NCBI RefSeq assembly: GCF_032444005.1
Contig: NC_091286.1
Coordinates: 11,532,001-11,596,000, forward strand
Direction of reading: 5' to 3'
Length of the DNA: 64,000 bases
Origin: Ranitomeya imitator
Lineage: Eukaryota
The translations under genes were made by a program, and so were the position numbers. A model generated the notes under the pieces. The model had not been told where the DNA came from. It worked only from the letters and a program-made list of their open reading frames with translations, and ran no database searches. This document shows, piece by piece, positions 60,471-64,000 of this stretch (positions within the stretch are counted from its first letter, which is position 1; every line of letters begins with the position of its first letter).

Positions 60471-61018
60471 TATTTCTGTTTATAGTGGGTTTTCTAGTTG
60501 ATTTTGATGATTGGCAGCTGTCACACACTTCTCATAATGCGTTTCAAAAACGCAAATGCAGGAAAAAACGCGTCAAAATGCCACGTTTCTTTTAAAACAT
60601 GCAAAAACGCTTGCGTCTAAAAACGCAGCGTTTAACCCCTTTTTTTCATCAAATGCGTTTGCGTTAAAAACGCTGCATTTTTAAACACAAATGTGAAACC
60701 AGCCTTACTGAGGGAGACAATCCCACAAGAGAAAAATGGTAAACTTTGATTAGGCTCCACACTGCTTGTCAGAGAGTCTGAAAATGAAGGAAGACTACTG
60801 CGGACGGACACATAGCCCCTGAGATGATGATTATTACACGGAGTATATGTTACTAGTTATTCCATAGCACGAGACTTTCAGTCTATATCTACACCCATTC
60901 CTCTAATTCTTTCATCCTGATTAGTGTAAAATGCCCAGAAATAAAGAAAAATATTTAGAATTGAGAGTCCTCAGTGGTTGATACCTTTTAATGGCTAACT
61001 GAAAAGATGGTAACAAAT

Positions 61019-61056
61019 TGCAGCTTTTGAGACTACACAGGTCTCTTCATCAGGCA
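61019..61056 (-). ncRNA. Degenerate minimal hammerhead ribozyme-like motif in the Penelope UTR
   Basis: TGC-CTGATGA-A-GAGAC(CTGTGTA)GTCTC-AAAA-GCT-GCA; core and stem II present, G12 changed to A. Confidence 0.5.
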
Positions 61057-61156
61057 CAGACTAAAAGAAATTCTGAAGAATCACATATTTATACACAAAA
61101 GAGCACAGAAATAAAGCAATAGATAAGACAGGTGACGTGAAGCAGAACTACCATTA

Positions 61157-61673
61157 TTATTTATTATTATAGCGCCATTTATTCCATGGCGCTTTACATG
61201 TGAGGAGGGATATACATAATAAAAACAAGTACAATAATCTTAATCATTACAAGTGCCGCCTAGTACAGGAGAGAGGACCCTGCCCGCGAGGGCTCACAAT
61301 CTACAAGGGATGGGTGAGCATACAGTAGGCGAGGGTAGAGCTGGTCATGCAGCGGTTTGGTCGATCAGTGGTTACTGGAGGTCGAAGGCTTGTCGGAAGA
61401 GGTGGGTCTTCAGGTTCTTTTTGAAGGTTTCGATGGTATGTGTCTGATATGTTGTGGTGGAGGGTTCCAGAGTAGGGGTGATACGCGAGAGAAATCTTGT
61501 ATACGATTGTGGGAAGAGGAGATAAGAGGGGAGTAGAGTAGGAGATCTTGTGAGGATCGGAGGTTGCGTGCAGGAAAGTACCCGGAGACGAGGTCACAGA
61601 TGTATGGAGGAGACAGGTTGTGGATGGCTTTGTACGTCATGGTTAAGGTTTTGTACTGGAGTCTTTGGGTAAT
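61157..61673 (-). mobile_element. L2 LINE 3' fragment
   Basis: QRLQYKTLTMTYKAIHNLSPPYI...RNLRS RT C-terminus; tail TGTAAAGCGCCATGGAATAAATGGCGCTAT(AAT)n. Confidence 0.85.
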
Positions 61674-61925
61674 GTCTGCAGTGATCCTCAACCTACTGAA
61701 CAGCCGTACAGCCAGCTCTTCCCTCTCCTAGTGTATCCTCACCCACCCCCTGCAGACTGTGAGCCCTCGCGGGCAGGGTCCTCCCTCCTTATGTACTCGT
61801 GTGCCTTGTTATCTGCTCATGTTTAATGTATTTGTCTATATTTGCCCCGTATTCACATGTAAAGCGCCATGGAATAAATGGCGCTATAAAAATGTATAAT
61901 AATAATAATAAAATAATAATAATAA
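61674..61925 (+). mobile_element. Second L2 3' UTR/tail in the opposite orientation
   Basis: CTGTGAGCCCTCGCGGGCAGGGTCCT motif and the same terminal tail with (AAT)n. Confidence 0.75.
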
Positions 61926-62975
61926 TGTGAGTGATAAACAGTTGTGTCCATAAATATTGGAACACTTCATAGATAAGGAGTGTGAATGTTTTATTGTCCT
62001 CTGATTGGGGTCTGGTTCTGTGTTGTGATGACCCCACACAGTCTGAGGAGCAAATCCCTTAATTGATGTAAAAAGACATGAATCCATGTGACACATTCAT
62101 TCCTGCACTGAGAGTGTCAAAGGTCGTCATCAGTTTATATTCCCAGATCCTTCTGTCTCGCTGAGATTTGAAGTCAACTTTTAATACAAGTAATTTCAAG
62201 TCCATGGTGCTGTTATCAGGGAGACAGAAATGTATTGCCACAGGTAGATCCATTCTTTTTTCTCTTATTGTGTGGCGATGAGAATTCATCCTTGTTCTCA
62301 GTTTCTGCCCTGTCTCCCCCCACATACAGACCCCCAGTTGGACATTTAGTACAAATAATTAGGTACACCACATTAGAAGTGTCACAGCTGAAAGTACCTG
62401 GGATCTTGTAGTCCTGATGTGAATTGGGGATCTTTATCTTGTCCGTGGTCATTATGAATGGACAGGTTTTACATTTTTTCTGGTTGCAAGGAAAGGTTCC
62501 TGCAGCTGTTGGAGTGGACAGAGAGCTCTTGACAATGATGCTTCTTAGATTTGGGGGCTGCCTAAAACACAGTAGTCTGGGGTCTGGAAAAATGGATTGC
62601 AATTGGGCATCTTTTTGCAGTAAAGGTTGTAATTTCCGTGCAGCTCCCCTTAGCACCTCCAGATTTGGATTGTAGGTAACCACTAGAGGTACCCGGTTAT
62701 TTTCTTCTTTAGCTTTGTAATGTAGCAGGTGATTCCTTGATATTCTGGTGGCTCTTGTGATCTGGTGTTCAATTGTTCTTGGATGGTCGCCCTGATTCAA
62801 AAAGGTCTTTCTGAGGCGACCAAGGTGTTCATCCCTATCCATGGGGTTGGAACATATACGATTCTATCTGATGGCTTGGCTGTAGACAATAGAGTTTTTT
62901 TATGTGTTTTAGATGGAAACTGTCCCATTTAAGGTATGTTGGACGGTCGATTGGCTTCTGATACAGGGATGTTTC

Positions 62976-63577
62976 TCTCATGTTGACAATAAGAGAAAAA
63001 GATGGATCTACCTGTGGCAATACATTTTTGTCTCCCCGATCATAACATTATGGACATGAAATTACTTGTATTAAAAGGTAACTTAAAATCTTAGACAGAC
63101 AGAAGGGTCTGGGAATATAAACTGATGACGACCTTTGACACTCTCAGTGCAGGAATGAATGTGTCGCATGGATTTATGTCTTTTTACATCAATTAAGGAA
63201 TTTGCTCCTCAGACCTTGTGGGGTCATTATAACATAGAACCAGACCCCAATCAGAGGACAATAAAACATTCACACTCCTTATCTATGTTCCAATATTTAT
63301 GGACACAACTGTTTATCACTCACATAATGGTAATTCTGCTTCACATCACCTGTCTTATCTATGGCATTTTTCTGTGCTCTTTTGTGCATAAATATGTTAT
63401 TCTTCAGAATTTCTATTAGTCTAAGCCTGATGAAGGGACCTGTGTAGTCTGGAAAGCTGCAATTTGCTACCATCTTTTCAGTTAGCCATTAAAAGGTATC
63501 AACCACTGAGGACTCTCAATTCTAAATATTTTTCTTTATTTCTGGGCATTTTACACTAATCAAGATGAAAGAATTAG
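62976..63577 (+). mobile_element. Inverted partial copy of the Penelope 3' end (pseudo-LTR)
   Basis: Reverse-complement match to 62285-61926 plus 61157-60903; includes the end of the GIY-YIG ORF and the UTR. Confidence 0.88.
63424..63461 (+). ncRNA. Degenerate minimal hammerhead ribozyme-like motif, second copy
   Basis: AGC-CTGATGA-AGGGAC(CTGTGTA)GTCTG-GAAA-GCT-GCA; both core boxes present, stem II imperfect. Confidence 0.5.
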
Positions 63578-63850
63578 GCCGCCGTCACACATGCGAGTTT
63601 TACGTGCGTAAGAGCGCATAATCTACGTACGTAAAACTCGCTAAACATACGGCACCATGATTCTCAATGGGTCTAGTCCTTTTAGGCGTATATTACGGAT
63701 CCGTATTATACGTTCCTCTACGGCCGTACAAAATCGCAGCATGCAGCGTTTGTCAGCGTATTGCGCAAAAAAAACGCCAATGCAAGTCTATGGGAGAGCG
63801 TATAATACGGAATGCATACGGACCATGCGTGTGCATTGCGAGAAATACGC
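63577..63850. mobile_element. Probable left end of another Harbinger-type MITE
   Basis: TTA followed by GGCCGCCGTCACACATGCGAG and internal short palindromes; no matching right TIR seen. Confidence 0.4.
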
Positions 63851-64000
63851 ACCTCACTGGCAGATGTCCTGAACTTTCGAAAGCCATCAATCAGGCAGGT
63901 GAGACATGCTAATTAGCTGAAAAAGCCAGACAGTGAACCCGGAAGTCTGCTGCACGCCTCCACGGAGTGAGAGATTCAGCATGGCCCGCATAATTAATGT

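Larger units (their letters stand above)
58947..60704. mobile_element. PIF/Harbinger-type MITE hosting a nested T2 MITE and telomere-like repeats
   Basis: TIR GGCTGGTTTCACATTTG at both ends; TTA TSD at 58944-58946 and 60705-60707. Confidence 0.9.
60903..62975 (-). mobile_element. 5'-truncated Penelope-like element (RT thumb + GIY-YIG, frameshifted), 3' region interrupted by L2 pieces
   Basis: TSLYQKPIDRPTYL, RVPLVVTYNPNL, FRQPPNL, CKTC, NVVYLIIC...LYVG/ETGQKLRTRMNSH; ORF ends at 62059. Confidence 0.92.

Overview
Vertebrate genomic DNA, most likely anuran (frog), judging by the repeat families. It contains the complete 6-exon GLO1 gene (minus strand, 183 aa, CDS 56449->49880). About 2.4 kb downstream on the same strand lie the promoter and first five coding exons of BTBD9 (41099->28566). 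No further BTBD9 exon was found, so 1-28565 is probably one large BTBD9 intron. About 90% of the sequence in the proximal BTBD9 introns is tandem arrays, each unique to its intron. The most striking observation is that two of these arrays are amplified copies of the gene's own 3' splice sites. A 107-bp unit carries the acceptor plus the first 26 coding nt of exon 2 (~49 copies). A 62-bp unit ends exactly at the exon 3 AG|G (~65 copies). Use of an upstream copy leads to a premature stop. The large intron holds an 86-bp satellite interrupted by an intact young chromodomain Gypsy element, which shows a Tf1/sushi-type self-priming signature, and by two near-identical CR1 LINEs in inverted orientation. 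Upstream of GLO1 are two CTCF-like sites, a Harbinger-type MITE carrying a palindromic T2 MITE and telomere-like repeats, and a Penelope element with hammerhead-like remnants. All calls were made by eye; repeat boundaries and copy numbers are approximate.
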